Shown here piece after piece: positions 36,924 to 47,912 of a DNA stretch of 64,000 nucleotides (position 1 is its first letter; every line of letters begins with the position of its first letter). A model generated the notes under the pieces. That model did not search any database. It saw nothing but the letters and a program-made list of their open reading frames with translations, and had not been told where the DNA came from. The position numbers were made by a program, and so were the translations under genes. The stretch is from Candidatus Iainarchaeum sp. (GTDB taxonomy: Archaea > Iainarchaeota > Iainarchaeia > Iainarchaeales > JAXPJC01), in assembly GCA_016187745.1 (NCBI GenBank), contig JACPJC010000005.1, positions 234,437-298,436 of the forward strand, given 5' to 3'.

Positions 36924-39900
36924 TTGGGTGTGCAAGTGGACATAAAGGAAAAGTTGCTTTCATACTGGGCTGCCTTCATCGCGCTATTGAAAAAAGGCTA
37001 TTTCGCGCTGGAAGACAGGTACTATGCGGCTCTTGACTGGCTGAACCAGTACATCCCTGTTTACAAGGTCATTGACCCCATAGACAGGCATTTCCCGAGC
37101 TTCATTTTATTCATTATCATAATGATAGGCCTGGTTGCAGGAATACTGATGATGTTCCTGTTCCCGCCTTCACTGCAATCCTATAACGCAACGCTTGTTG
37201 TTATTGACGCGGACTCCAAGGATACCCTCCCCGGGCTTGATGTGTTTTTCAGCTATCTGGACAAGAACGCAAGCGCGAAAACCGGCAAGTTCGGAGAAAT
37301 AAAACTGGAAAACCTCATGGGAACAGTAAGCGTGAATGTAAAAGTAGGGAGGACAAAGATATATGGGGAGCTTGAGAAGACAATTGTTGTTAGCGATTCA
37401 GGGCCCTATTACCTTGCATTGATGGGCGGGGGCGCAACTTTCAAGATTGTAAAAACAATCGTTGTGAAGGACAGGACAACAAACCTTCCGATACAGAATA
37501 AAAAAATGAGCATTGAATTCTCCTGCTCATTGGCCGGAATTTCAAAATGGACCAAGAGTGCGGGCACGCCTGAGTATGAAGAGGCTGTTCCAATAAACTG
37601 CGGCACAATGCGCGCGGGAGTTTCAGTTCCGGGCTATGAGTTCCAGGAAAAGGACCTTGTGGGCGAAAAGACGAATTTCCTCCTCAATCCGACAGGCGAT
37701 AGGGACGATGAAAAGGGGACAATCGTTGTTTATGTGAAGTCAGCTGAAGATGAAAGCCCGCTCCCGGAAATGGGCATTTACCTTTACGGCGCGGATGGCA
37801 CGCAGAAGAACGTCGGGATTTCCGACGAGTCAGGCAGCTATGTGTTTGAGGTAAATCCGGGAAAATATCATGCGAGCGCCATGGACTCAACAGGGGCGTA
37901 TGCGCCTGCTGAAAGCGCAATAAAGCAGGTGAACTCGAACGATGTCGTGCAGATTAATCTCATTATGATTCCTGTCGCGGATGCGAACAGGATAAAGCTG
38001 CTTGCAAGGCTTGTTGATTCCGGCACAAATGAGGCGGTAAGCGATGCGGAATTCAAGCTTTTCGTTGACAATGCCGAAATCAAATCCTATACCTCAGACG
38101 CAAACGGATTTGTTGTTGTGCGCGGGATTGAAGAGGGCCATGAATTCTCTGCAGTAATAACCCATCCGGATTATGTTACGCAGATTGCCGAGTCAATAGA
38201 CCCCATAAAGGAAACTGAGAACAATGCAACAGTAATTCAATTAGAGCGCGCTTACAGGCCCGCGTGCGGCAATGGGATTATTGAACTCGGGGAGAGCTGC
38301 GATTCCGGGGAATTGAATGACATGACCTGCCAAACATTCGGCTTCCCCTCCGGAAATCTCAAATGCTCATCCACCTGTCAACTGGACACTTCAGAATGCG
38401 TTGCCCAGCCCTCCTGCGGAAACGGGATAATTGACCTGGGCGAAACCTGCGACACCAAAGGCCCTAACTTTGACAACAAGACCTGCAGCAGCTTTGATGA
38501 TTTTTCCGGCGGAACACTATCATGCTCATCCTCCTGCCAGGTAAGCACAGCGAACTGCACCCATACCCCTGTAGTATATGGCGACGGGGTAATAGGCCCC
38601 GGCGAGGTATGCGATTCAGACAATCTTGATGGAAAAACATGCAGCACATTCGGATTGTCAGGCGACGGGCTAAGCTGCGTAGCACCGGGCTACTTTGACA
38701 CATCAGGCTGCACAGGCCCTGCGGGAATCTGCAATGACTCTGTAATAAATCCCGGGGAAAGCTGCGATGGAACAAACCTTGCGAACCTCACATGCCTGAG
38801 CATAGATTCCTTCACTTCAGGCACCTTAGGCTGCACATCAGGCTGCAATCTCGACTCAACCAACTGCGGCTATGAAAACGGCTTCTGCGGCGATGGCGCT
38901 GTAGGAACCGGAGAAACCTGCGACATATTGGGGCCGAACCTTGACGGAAAGGCCTGCAATGACTTTGATGATTTCCTTGAGGACGAAGGCGCACTGCAAT
39001 GCAGGAGCAGCTGCACTATAGATACCTCAGGATGCGTTGCGCCCCCGACATGCGGCAACGGGCTGATAGACCCCGGAGAAAGCTGCGACGGGAGCAATCT
39101 CGCAAACCTCACATGCGGGGATATAGATTCCTTCGATCCTGGCACATTAAGCTGCACTGACACATGCACAATTGATACGAGCTCATGCCCCTGCACAGTC
39201 CCCGGGGAATGCCCAAATGTCGGTTCTGCAATAATAAGCGTTTCTGATGAAAGCGCAGAGCCTGTGGAAGGCGCGGAAGCGCACTTATACAAAACAACCA
39301 GCCCCGGGCTTGATCTTGGCAGAAAATTCACCGGCTCGGATGGAAAAACAGCAGAATATGAAAATCTTGGTGCGGGAGAATACTTTGCAACAGCCTCAAA
39401 CAATACCGGGAGCGGAACTTCCCCGGAAAAGGACCTTATCCTGAACCAAACAATTGAGCTGCCTGTTGCTCTCACGCTTGGAGAATCTGCAATTGAGGTT
39501 TATGTTTCGGATTCAGAAGGAACCGCAATAGGCGGCGCGCAGGTTAATTTTTATGAGGAGAGCGACGGAAGGCAGATAGGGAGCACAACAACAGACGCTT
39601 CAGGAAAGGCGGAAAAAAGCCTGAGGGTAGACCTCAACCCCTACATTGTTGTTTCCGCCACCGGTTATTTGCAATATACAACAACATCAATTGCGCTTGT
39701 GAAGGACAATATTGCAAAAATTTATGTGACGCTCTATGAAAATGTTGATGTTGAAAATGAGCTTGACATTGAAATTGCGGGAGTGTATGATGCTTTGGTG
39801 AATGGAAGGGAAGTCAATCAGCTGGCTTCCGGGAGGGGATATTACTTCAGGTTCAATGTGATTGTTCCGAACAATGCGGCATACGGTGATGTAATTGCGC

Positions 39901-42900
39901 ATTTGCGCACAGATTTGGACAGCATACTCAATGCAAGTTCTGCGGACATGAAATTCTGGATCAAGGCAATTTCAGTCAGCGGCGCAAGTGCAATAAAATC
40001 CGCAACATTTGACCCGAATGACCCGTACTCAAACCAGAACGAAGTTGAAACTGACGCAAAGCAGGCAAACATCTCCTTCGGGGATTTGGATGCAGGGGTT
40101 TATGAGCTCTATGCGCAGGCCTACATAAAATCAGGCCTTCCCGACGGCACGCTCATTGAGCTGCACTATTCCGCAAAATCAGATGAATTTTCAACAAACT
40201 CATTTACTGAGCAATATCACATTGGAGACCCGTTCTGCACCGGCTGCACATTCGCATATGCGTTTTCCCTTGACGGAAGCTCAATTGACCCGAATGCAAC
40301 TACAGAGCTGCTGCAGGATATTGATTATGAACTGGGCTACGAAATCTACAATGCAGGCGATGTTGATTATAATAATGTAACGGCAGGATTTTCCGACAGC
40401 GCAAATGCGCTCATCCTCGACCCAACAAGCTCATCACTCGGCAGCATTGATTCCAAGGCAACAGTTTCCGATTCACTTTCAATGGAAGCAAGGGCGGAAG
40501 TTGCGCTTACGCAACTGCTCCTGCAGTTAAGCCCTAATGCAAAAGACAACAATGCTACAGCAAATTTCAAGGTGCTTGCAAAGAATCCCATGGTGATTTC
40601 CGCATCCCCGCAGTATTTGTATCCGAGGATCCGCAATATCCTCAAGCTTGCGGTTTCTGATGGTTCAGGGCATGCGATTGAGGGCGCGCTTTTGAAATTA
40701 AGCCTTGATTCGGATTTCACTGGCATACTTGCCTCCGGGGACACTGCGGCTGATGGCACAAAGCGCTTCAATATCGACGCGCTGGAGCCAGATACAATAA
40801 TTTACATAAGCGCCGAAAAGCCGAATTACATTGCGGAATATGCGGAAGTGGAAGTGAAGGATGCTTATTACCCCCCCGCAGGCGCGGATTTCTCCTGCCT
40901 TGAAATTGAGGATGTTGATGGAACTGACATAGGCAATGACGGGCTGCCTGATGTGAACATACTGAAGGGCTGGCACTCAACATTCAAAATAAACTCATTG
41001 GAATGTTCGGAAGATTCCTCAATAACGCTTTCCTCCGAGCTCTCGCTTTCAAGCGACGCTTCCAGCTGCTCAAACCCCTCAACCTCCCTGAGCGTTGACC
41101 TGCAAACAACGGATTCAAAGACCCTGTGCGTCCTTGCCAACAAATACCAGGGGGAATATCCTGTTTATGTCAATGCGCAGTTCGCAAGCAGCACTGAATC
41201 CTCGCGCATTGCAGAGCTTACAGTTTATGCCTATGACACAAGCTCCTGCTTCTGGATTGACAAGACCGCATTTGATGTTTTCAATAATGTAGATTCAGGA
41301 ACAATAAGCAACAAGTGCTATTCCTATGTTGAAGATTCCAATTACCCCTATCTGATTTCAGATACTGAAGCAGTTGCATTCCCGCTTACAACAGAACCAA
41401 TAAATGAGGAAATCCTGATGCTTGAGAACTTCAAGGGACTGGAGCTTACAAAAGATGCAAACAGTGTAGACTTTAATATAAGCGTTACAGGGAAAGCAAG
41501 CGTTGAACTGAAGCAGGCGGATATTTACATGCAGTCAGGCGCTATACAAGAGATTCCTGGCGCTATACAAAAGACTCAAATATTGTTCTGCCCGGAATCA
41601 GGGCATTCCACTGAGTGGGGCGACCAGGATTATTTGGTTAAAGACGAGCTGGTTGAAAACAACAATTTATATTGCCTGATATGGGATAATGAAGACAGCA
41701 CAAGCCCGACCTTGCTGCATGTTATGGAGCCGGGCTTTGCCTATATTTTTGATCCCCAATATGGGGGGGAGCCCGAATACACATTTGACAATTATCCAAT
41801 TGTTGGGCAGCTCTGCGAAGCCATTGCAGCAACAAGCACCATGCCTCAATCAGGAACCGCGGAATGGGATACGGAAACAGGAATAATTACCTCTCTGACA
41901 AGCCCAGATGATGTTTCAGGAACACAGCAGGGCTGCCTCGATGCTTTGCATTACAGCGAAAATGCGGATGCTTATGAAGAAACCCGGGGGCGGGATGAAG
42001 TTACTGTGGCAGGCAAACATGCCCTTTCAGTCCAGACCTCCCAGAATATCTGGAACTCAATTACCGCGCAGTACTATCCTGATTATTACCCGACAGTTGA
42101 TGCGAACGGCTGGGTTGAGAATTATGGCACAGCAGGCAGAAACCAAACACTCTTCTGCCCGACAAATTCAGAATATAATATTAGCCCCGGGGAAGGGGCA
42201 TATTATGTTGAGAGTGAAATTATAGAAGGGGATAATTTATACTGCACAGTATGGAGCGCCCCGGACCATGGGCATATGAAAATACTGCACGTTACTGCGG
42301 AGGGAGAAGGCAAATTCTTTGATGTGGAGCATGTTTCACAGGAAACAAACTTTACCGCATACAATACTGTAGATGAGCTCTGTGATGTAATTAACTACGC
42401 AGACACCAGAGACGAGTTCGGTACAATGTCATGGGATTCGGAAGGCCAGATAACGGGCATGACTTTTGGCTCGGATGAAGAGGTAACAACAGTTGAGCGC
42501 TGCAAGGAAGGGATAGATTACGGCAGCGCAAGCGCATTTGGAGACGCACTATCAGAAGCGGCATGGCAGGCTTTGTCGCAGATTTGCGGAGTTCAGCCTA
42601 CGGAAACCAGTTCCCAGCAAACAATATCCGGGGAAACGACATGCAAGTCAACACAAAAAACAACTGTAGCTGGGCCAGTATCACCACTCGCTTGGGCTAT
42701 TGCGGGTGGTTATTCTTGCGGCATGGCTAATGTGTTCGGAAATGATGGCCAATGTTCTGAAGGATATACATATGAAGGTTATGCGGGCGAAATCACATCG
42801 GATGAGCAATATATATGCGTTCGTACCTGCGCAAAAACATACACTACATCCTGTGATGCGAGCTGCAATTCCGGCGATGAGCAGGTTTCCTCAACATGCG

Positions 42901-45407
42901 CAACAACTACAGCAACAGAATCAACTAAACTATCCCCTGAGGAAATAGCACAGGCGCAGGAAGCATGCGATGCATATGCAGGATTGGGCGCGGATGCAAA
43001 GGCGGATAAAATGAGGATTGAGGTTGATGTGCCTGATGCTAATTCAAATCCAAAGCTGGATCTTGCAAAATGGACCTACATAAGGACAAAGCCGAATGCG
43101 CCGGAAATAACATTTGATGTTGAGAATGTTTCGCTTGACGGGACGCAGTATGCGGTCATTACGGTAAGGGATTACACAACAGATGCGCCGCAGCCGGAAA
43201 TGCAGGACATCGCCTTGAATTGGGCGGTCAGTGGAATGGTTAATGAAACCTCAGAGCAGCAAGTTCCGGTAACAGAAACAGGCGCATTCACAATCCAAAA
43301 CCCGGAAGTCGGGAGGGTTTATGAGGTCGGAACATACGCCCTGGAGGCAGCGCCTGAGGTATCAGACTGGAAGTGGCTTTTGCGCATTGAGGGCGATGAA
43401 GCCTTTGTTGTTGATGCCACTGACACTTTCATAGTAAATCCAGATGGCGCATGGGTCCACTTAAGCAGTTCAGGCAACTGGCCATATGGGATAGTAACAG
43501 GCCTGCCTGCGGAAAATGCGCCCGTATCAAACTCAGGCACATTCACATTTGAAAACCCCTATCCTCTGCCGTCGCAAACAGCTGAAATTGCAGTTGAAGC
43601 CCTGGGCCTGCCCGGCAGCCTGCCAAATTGCATAGGGACTTCAGGGGATAATTGCGGCGGCAACATAAACATACGCAGTTTCGGGTCCTATCAAATCATG
43701 AATTACACTGATGAAGAATTCAATATTCATTTTTTTGATAGCGGCGATGATGGCAGGGCAGTATTCTTCGCGGGCATAAAATACAAGAGCTATCTGCCTG
43801 CGGAATATTCAGTAAGCGATGACTCCGACCTGGTTGAAGTGTTCATTGACCCGAGCTCCAAGAAGGTTTATGCGAAGGTTCTTGGAACCCCCGCGCCAAC
43901 AACTTTAAGAGAGGAGAAATTCCACGTCAAATTGCAGAGCGGCTACGCAAACTTGTGCTACGGGCGCGATGATGTTCCCGGGAATTTCGGAAGCGAGAAG
44001 GTTCCTAAAGTGAAGTTTGACTGGGACTGGAGCAATATTGCAATTGATGCCTGCGACCCAAGCAGCATAAATGCGGTTTACTGCGATGCCACTCAATTCA
44101 GCGTTTCACTGATGAAGCGCATTGAAATGATTGACAATCTGATGAACGTTGACAACAACTATAATGGCGCGGAGCAATACAAGCATTTCAGCGCATATCT
44201 CATGAAGGATGGCTACTCCGAAGACTTCCAGGAGGATTTCGCAAATTATTATGCAAATACATTCTTCGGCGCAGGCTCCTGGTTTGCTGAAGGCGGCACG
44301 GCATTTGCGAATATATTTAAGGACCCTGTGAGATTTGTATTTACAGACTTTAATTCAACCGGCGCTAATCCGAGGGAAAATGTAAAGCCGCTTGCATCCC
44401 CCGGGCTGTATAATGCGGACATAGGGCTTGTGTATGACAATGCTGATGTGAATGATTTCTTCTCCGCTGGCGCGAACCCTAATGTAACTGTAAGCGTATA
44501 TCTCACGCTTGTTGAGGTTCCTGAAAACGACAATCCGTTCTATTATCTGCCTTTCAACGGCAGCATCGGAATGGAGGAAGGAGTATATGCAAGGGCGGGC
44601 TACGGGCTTGGATATGAGGGCGCAGAGCTTCTTATTTCCCAGAACGACGATACGGGGAGCATAAAAACCGCAACGTCCTCATCAAACAACACAATTGCAA
44701 CAGAAAAATACACTGACTTTGACACGGTGAATATAACCTACTCAGGAAGCGTGCTGATGGCAACCCCGGATTCGGTAAGTTTGCTGCCCAGCGATGCAAC
44801 CCCGGTATTGATGCGCGTAAAGGAGCATTCAGGATACGCTGATGCCTTCTACAGCCTGCGCGACGGGGATGCAAGGTTCGGCACAAATGCCGATTACATG
44901 GCCTCATGGACTGGGATAGCAAGCAGCAATGACTGCAGGGACTTTGCGGGAAATGCGCTTTACAGCAACAGGCGCGATTACCTTGCAAACAACATAACGC
45001 ATCATGCAACTATGGAGCCAAGCGATATTGGGGATAGCGCATTCGGATTCTCATGGGAAAGCGCTGATACTGATGCGGACATATACCTGCGCTCAATTTT
45101 ATATGCGCCGATAGGGAACACAATTGACTTATTCCCTGCATATTCTGATAACCCGCTGTTCGTTTCGCCTGTGGAGCAAATAACAGAAACAACAAAGCCA
45201 ATAAGGCTGAATTACACATCAGCAGTCCTCAATAGCGGAGAGCCAATAATAAGCTCTATTGAGGATGTCTTCGATCTTGCAAATGAAGACAAATTATGCA
45301 TTGCAAGCTCCGCAGGAAATATTGACTTCTACTGGAACCCGGAATTCATCTCCGAGGCGCTGAAGCCCTATTCCGATGAAGTGAATGAGATTCTCTGCAG
45401 GGATTAG
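36924..45407 (+). CDS. Giant (2827 aa) membrane-anchored surface protein with Cys-rich repeats
   Basis: N-terminal TM helix, carboxypeptidase-regulatory-like beta domains, six CGxGxxxxGExCD repeats, acidic composition. Confidence 0.8.
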   Translation: MGVQVDIKEKLLSYWAAFIALLKKGYFALEDRYYAALDWLNQYIPVYKVIDPIDRHFPSFILFIIIMIGLVAGILMMFLFPPSLQSYNATLVVIDADSKDTLPGLDVFFSYLDKNASAKTGKFGEIKLENLMGTVSVNVKVGRTKIYGELEKTIVVSDSGPYYLALMGGGATFKIVKTIVVKDRTTNLPIQNKKMSIEFSCSLAGISKWTKSAGTPEYEEAVPINCGTMRAGVSVPGYEFQEKDLVGEKTNFLLNPTGDRDDEKGTIVVYVKSAEDESPLPEMGIYLYGADGTQKNVGISDESGSYVFEVNPGKYHASAMDSTGAYAPAESAIKQVNSNDVVQINLIMIPVADANRIKLLARLVDSGTNEAVSDAEFKLFVDNAEIKSYTSDANGFVVVRGIEEGHEFSAVITHPDYVTQIAESIDPIKETENNATVIQLERAYRPACGNGIIELGESCDSGELNDMTCQTFGFPSGNLKCSSTCQLDTSECVAQPSCGNGIIDLGETCDTKGPNFDNKTCSSFDDFSGGTLSCSSSCQVSTANCTHTPVVYGDGVIGPGEVCDSDNLDGKTCSTFGLSGDGLSCVAPGYFDTSGCTGPAGICNDSVINPGESCDGTNLANLTCLSIDSFTSGTLGCTSGCNLDSTNCGYENGFCGDGAVGTGETCDILGPNLDGKACNDFDDFLEDEGALQCRSSCTIDTSGCVAPPTCGNGLIDPGESCDGSNLANLTCGDIDSFDPGTLSCTDTCTIDTSSCPCTVPGECPNVGSAIISVSDESAEPVEGAEAHLYKTTSPGLDLGRKFTGSDGKTAEYENLGAGEYFATASNNTGSGTSPEKDLILNQTIELPVALTLGESAIEVYVSDSEGTAIGGAQVNFYEESDGRQIGSTTTDASGKAEKSLRVDLNPYIVVSATGYLQYTTTSIALVKDNIAKIYVTLYENVDVENELDIEIAGVYDALVNGREVNQLASGRGYYFRFNVIVPNNAAYGDVIAHLRTDLDSILNASSADMKFWIKAISVSGASAIKSATFDPNDPYSNQNEVETDAKQANISFGDLDAGVYELYAQAYIKSGLPDGTLIELHYSAKSDEFSTNSFTEQYHIGDPFCTGCTFAYAFSLDGSSIDPNATTELLQDIDYELGYEIYNAGDVDYNNVTAGFSDSANALILDPTSSSLGSIDSKATVSDSLSMEARAEVALTQLLLQLSPNAKDNNATANFKVLAKNPMVISASPQYLYPRIRNILKLAVSDGSGHAIEGALLKLSLDSDFTGILASGDTAADGTKRFNIDALEPDTIIYISAEKPNYIAEYAEVEVKDAYYPPAGADFSCLEIEDVDGTDIGNDGLPDVNILKGWHSTFKINSLECSEDSSITLSSELSLSSDASSCSNPSTSLSVDLQTTDSKTLCVLANKYQGEYPVYVNAQFASSTESSRIAELTVYAYDTSSCFWIDKTAFDVFNNVDSGTISNKCYSYVEDSNYPYLISDTEAVAFPLTTEPINEEILMLENFKGLELTKDANSVDFNISVTGKASVELKQADIYMQSGAIQEIPGAIQKTQILFCPESGHSTEWGDQDYLVKDELVENNNLYCLIWDNEDSTSPTLLHVMEPGFAYIFDPQYGGEPEYTFDNYPIVGQLCEAIAATSTMPQSGTAEWDTETGIITSLTSPDDVSGTQQGCLDALHYSENADAYEETRGRDEVTVAGKHALSVQTSQNIWNSITAQYYPDYYPTVDANGWVENYGTAGRNQTLFCPTNSEYNISPGEGAYYVESEIIEGDNLYCTVWSAPDHGHMKILHVTAEGEGKFFDVEHVSQETNFTAYNTVDELCDVINYADTRDEFGTMSWDSEGQITGMTFGSDEEVTTVERCKEGIDYGSASAFGDALSEAAWQALSQICGVQPTETSSQQTISGETTCKSTQKTTVAGPVSPLAWAIAGGYSCGMANVFGNDGQCSEGYTYEGYAGEITSDEQYICVRTCAKTYTTSCDASCNSGDEQVSSTCATTTATESTKLSPEEIAQAQEACDAYAGLGADAKADKMRIEVDVPDANSNPKLDLAKWTYIRTKPNAPEITFDVENVSLDGTQYAVITVRDYTTDAPQPEMQDIALNWAVSGMVNETSEQQVPVTETGAFTIQNPEVGRVYEVGTYALEAAPEVSDWKWLLRIEGDEAFVVDATDTFIVNPDGAWVHLSSSGNWPYGIVTGLPAENAPVSNSGTFTFENPYPLPSQTAEIAVEALGLPGSLPNCIGTSGDNCGGNINIRSFGSYQIMNYTDEEFNIHFFDSGDDGRAVFFAGIKYKSYLPAEYSVSDDSDLVEVFIDPSSKKVYAKVLGTPAPTTLREEKFHVKLQSGYANLCYGRDDVPGNFGSEKVPKVKFDWDWSNIAIDACDPSSINAVYCDATQFSVSLMKRIEMIDNLMNVDNNYNGAEQYKHFSAYLMKDGYSEDFQEDFANYYANTFFGAGSWFAEGGTAFANIFKDPVRFVFTDFNSTGANPRENVKPLASPGLYNADIGLVYDNADVNDFFSAGANPNVTVSVYLTLVEVPENDNPFYYLPFNGSIGMEEGVYARAGYGLGYEGAELLISQNDDTGSIKTATSSSNNTIATEKYTDFDTVNITYSGSVLMATPDSVSLLPSDATPVLMRVKEHSGYADAFYSLRDGDARFGTNADYMASWTGIASSNDCRDFAGNALYSNRRDYLANNITHHATMEPSDIGDSAFGFSWESADTDADIYLRSILYAPIGNTIDLFPAYSDNPLFVSPVEQITETTKPIRLNYTSAVLNSGEPIISSIEDVFDLANEDKLCIASSAGNIDFYWNPEFISEALKPYSDEVNEILCRD

Positions 45408-45467
45408 GCAGAGACATTAAGCGATAGAACATTTAACATCGGCTATTTTGCACCAACCAGAGCTGAA

Positions 45468-46697
45468 TTATCTTGCTTTGCTTGAGAAATAATCGAATAT
45501 CCGCCTGCCCCTTTCGGGAAGGCTCATGCCCTCCGTAAGCATTTTGAGATTCTCAAAATCCCTCTGGCTTGCATTTTCCGCTGCATCCATGACTTCAAGC
45601 ACCCTATTTGAATCAATCCTGGCAGGAATTCCATATTTTTCAACAGCATCAGCCAACAAAGCCCTGTTCATCAGCAGATCGTTTATTTTTGCATGCTCAT
45701 TCTTGCCTAGCATCCTGATGATTTTAGTCTGGCTTGATGCCCGAATAGGCTCTATAACCTCAAACTCAACTGATTTCAGGCGCCTTGCCAACTGCTCCAG
45801 ATAAACATCCGAATGCGTGCTGCCCACCTGATAGAGAATTCTTATCTGCTCATTCTTGGCCAAATCAGGAAAATCCCTCTCAATCTCGGCAATTACCTTC
45901 GGTATGTGTTCGCTGATGTGCCTGTTCCTGAGGGCATTATTCTTCGCATGCATAGCTAATGATTCAGAATAGATCCTTTTGTGCTCTTCCAGGCTTTTTG
46001 CATTCTGTATCTTGTAGGACAAGTCTCCAAACCTTTCGGCGGCTGATTTGAAATAGCCAAGATCTTTCTCGCCTGCAGCCTCTATTGATTTCAGTTTAAA
46101 GCCCTTTTTCGCAATTAAAGGGGTTATGCCATGAGTGAACTCTGGAAAGGGCGCCTCAACATATGCATTTATGAATGCCCTGATTTCCTGGGCGCTTTTT
46201 CCTGATTCTATTATATTTCTGAGGTCATTCAGCATGCCGGCATATCTCTTTTCATGCTCAATCCTGTCCTTTGCTGAAAAGCCGGCTGTTTCTACCCCAA
46301 ACACATGGAAGGGCTGCTTGTTCTTTTCATAACTTTCAATGACTGATTCAAAAAGCCTTACATCCCGCTTGTATGCATGGGGCGCAAACACAAAAACAAT
46401 CTTGTATTTTTTCTTTGCCCCAAGCCAGTATGGAAGCCTGCGCATTGCCCACTTGCTGCCATACAATGCAGCGATGCCAAGCCCTGCGGCAATGGCGCTT
46501 CTTTTTATAAATTCCCTTCTGCCCATGGCATTGATTGGCTTGTGGTGGAATTCCTGCCTGAATGCCTGCCCGGTTTTTCTAAAAAGCCTGGCAAGCCAAT
46601 TCCTGCCCTGTCTTAGTGATTCCCTTTTTGTTTTTTCCATTAACTTTCTTTTAGCCAGGGCTTCCCTTCTGCGCTCACTTCTGCTTCTTGCCGGCAT
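45468..46697 (-). CDS. Hypothetical protein with an internal Tat-like motif
   Basis: Basic N-terminus, then MGRREFIKRSAIAAGLG plus a hydrophobic stretch. Confidence 0.55.
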   Translation of the reverse strand: MPARSRSERRREALAKRKLMEKTKRESLRQGRNWLARLFRKTGQAFRQEFHHKPINAMGRREFIKRSAIAAGLGIAALYGSKWAMRRLPYWLGAKKKYKIVFVFAPHAYKRDVRLFESVIESYEKNKQPFHVFGVETAGFSAKDRIEHEKRYAGMLNDLRNIIESGKSAQEIRAFINAYVEAPFPEFTHGITPLIAKKGFKLKSIEAAGEKDLGYFKSAAERFGDLSYKIQNAKSLEEHKRIYSESLAMHAKNNALRNRHISEHIPKVIAEIERDFPDLAKNEQIRILYQVGSTHSDVYLEQLARRLKSVEFEVIEPIRASSQTKIIRMLGKNEHAKINDLLMNRALLADAVEKYGIPARIDSNRVLEVMDAAENASQRDFENLKMLTEGMSLPERGRRIFDYFSSKAR

Positions 46698-46786
46698 AAT
46701 TAAACCTTATTTTTCCTTTTATATAAATTCAGTGGTTTGGCATTTCCTTCCAAACCCATTAAAATATTTTGCAATCCGTATAGTTT

Positions 46787-47449
46787 ATGCGGCCCATTCA
46801 GCTTTACAATTCCCTTTTCGAGAATTTTGGCGCGCAGCACTGGTGGCCTGCTGCTAATGGGAAAAACAGGGCGCTTGAAATCTGCATCGGCGCGATTTTG
46901 ACCCAGAACACTTCGTGGAAAAATGTTGAAAAGGCGCTTGCGGAGCTGCACAGGCATAAAATGATTGATATTGGAAAAATTTCAAAATGCAACAGCAAAA
47001 AGCTCGCAGCGCTGATCCGCTCTTCCGGCTACCACAACCAGAAGGCAAAAACGCTGAAGGCTTTCTGCAGCCATCTGCTCAAAAATTGCAATGGAAATCT
47101 TGGCGGAATGCTAAGCAGGTCGATTCCTGAGCTGCGCGCGGAGCTTCTCGCTTTGCACGGGATTGGGAATGAAACCGCGGACTCAATTATCCTGTACGCG
47201 GCGCACAAGCCGGCTTTTGTTATTGATGCCTATACAAAAAGGATTGCGGGGCGCCTGGGCATTAGTTCTGAGCAAAATTATGAAAAGCTGCAGGGCTTTT
47301 TTGAGTCCCGCCTGGAAAAAAATGCGCAGTTGTTCAATGAATTCCACGCGCTGCTTGTGCAGTTCGGAAAGGAATTCTGCAAAAAGAAGCCGGAGTGCGG
47401 GGAATGCTTTTTAAATGGGAAATGCAATTATTATTCAAGTTCAGGGTAG
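46787..47449 (+). CDS. Endonuclease III-related HhH-GPD glycosylase
   Basis: GAILTQNTSW.NV, GIG.ETADSI, ID.YT.R, C-x6-C-x2-C-x5-C. Confidence 0.9.
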   Translation: MRPIQLYNSLFENFGAQHWWPAANGKNRALEICIGAILTQNTSWKNVEKALAELHRHKMIDIGKISKCNSKKLAALIRSSGYHNQKAKTLKAFCSHLLKNCNGNLGGMLSRSIPELRAELLALHGIGNETADSIILYAAHKPAFVIDAYTKRIAGRLGISSEQNYEKLQGFFESRLEKNAQLFNEFHALLVQFGKEFCKKKPECGECFLNGKCNYYSSSG

Positions 47450-47453
47450 AAAT

Positions 47454-47876
47454 ATGTCATATACCTTTGTGCTGCTTAAGCCTGATGCAATAAAGCGGGG
47501 GCTTGTGAGAGAAATATTCAATATCTTTGAGCGCAGCGGATTGCACGCAATTAAGCAGAAATCCCTTGAGCCAAGCGCTTCACTCATCTGGAAAATGTAT
47601 CCAGACCTCAATCCAAGGGAGAAATTCGCAAAGGAGCATGTGAAATATGTTTCCTCGGGGAAAGTCATTGCCGCAGTTCTTGAAGGGAAAAATGCAGTGA
47701 GGAAGGCAAGGGAAGTTGTAGGAAACAAAAATCCTGAAAAGGCCGCTGAAGGGACAATCCGCAGGAAATTCGGCTACATCGACAGGAAAACGGATTTGTG
47801 GATAACTGTTGTCCATGCCGCGGACTCGGGGAAAAATGCAAGGCGCGAAGCGAAATTGTTCGGGCTGCAATCCTGA
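47454..47876 (+). CDS. ndk: Nucleoside diphosphate kinase
   Basis: LLKPDAIKRGL, GTIR..FG, VHAADS. Confidence 0.9.
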   Translation: MSYTFVLLKPDAIKRGLVREIFNIFERSGLHAIKQKSLEPSASLIWKMYPDLNPREKFAKEHVKYVSSGKVIAAVLEGKNAVRKAREVVGNKNPEKAAEGTIRRKFGYIDRKTDLWITVVHAADSGKNARREAKLFGLQS

Positions 47877-47912
47877 TTATTCTTTTTAAATCCATCCATA
47901 CTTGTTTTATGT

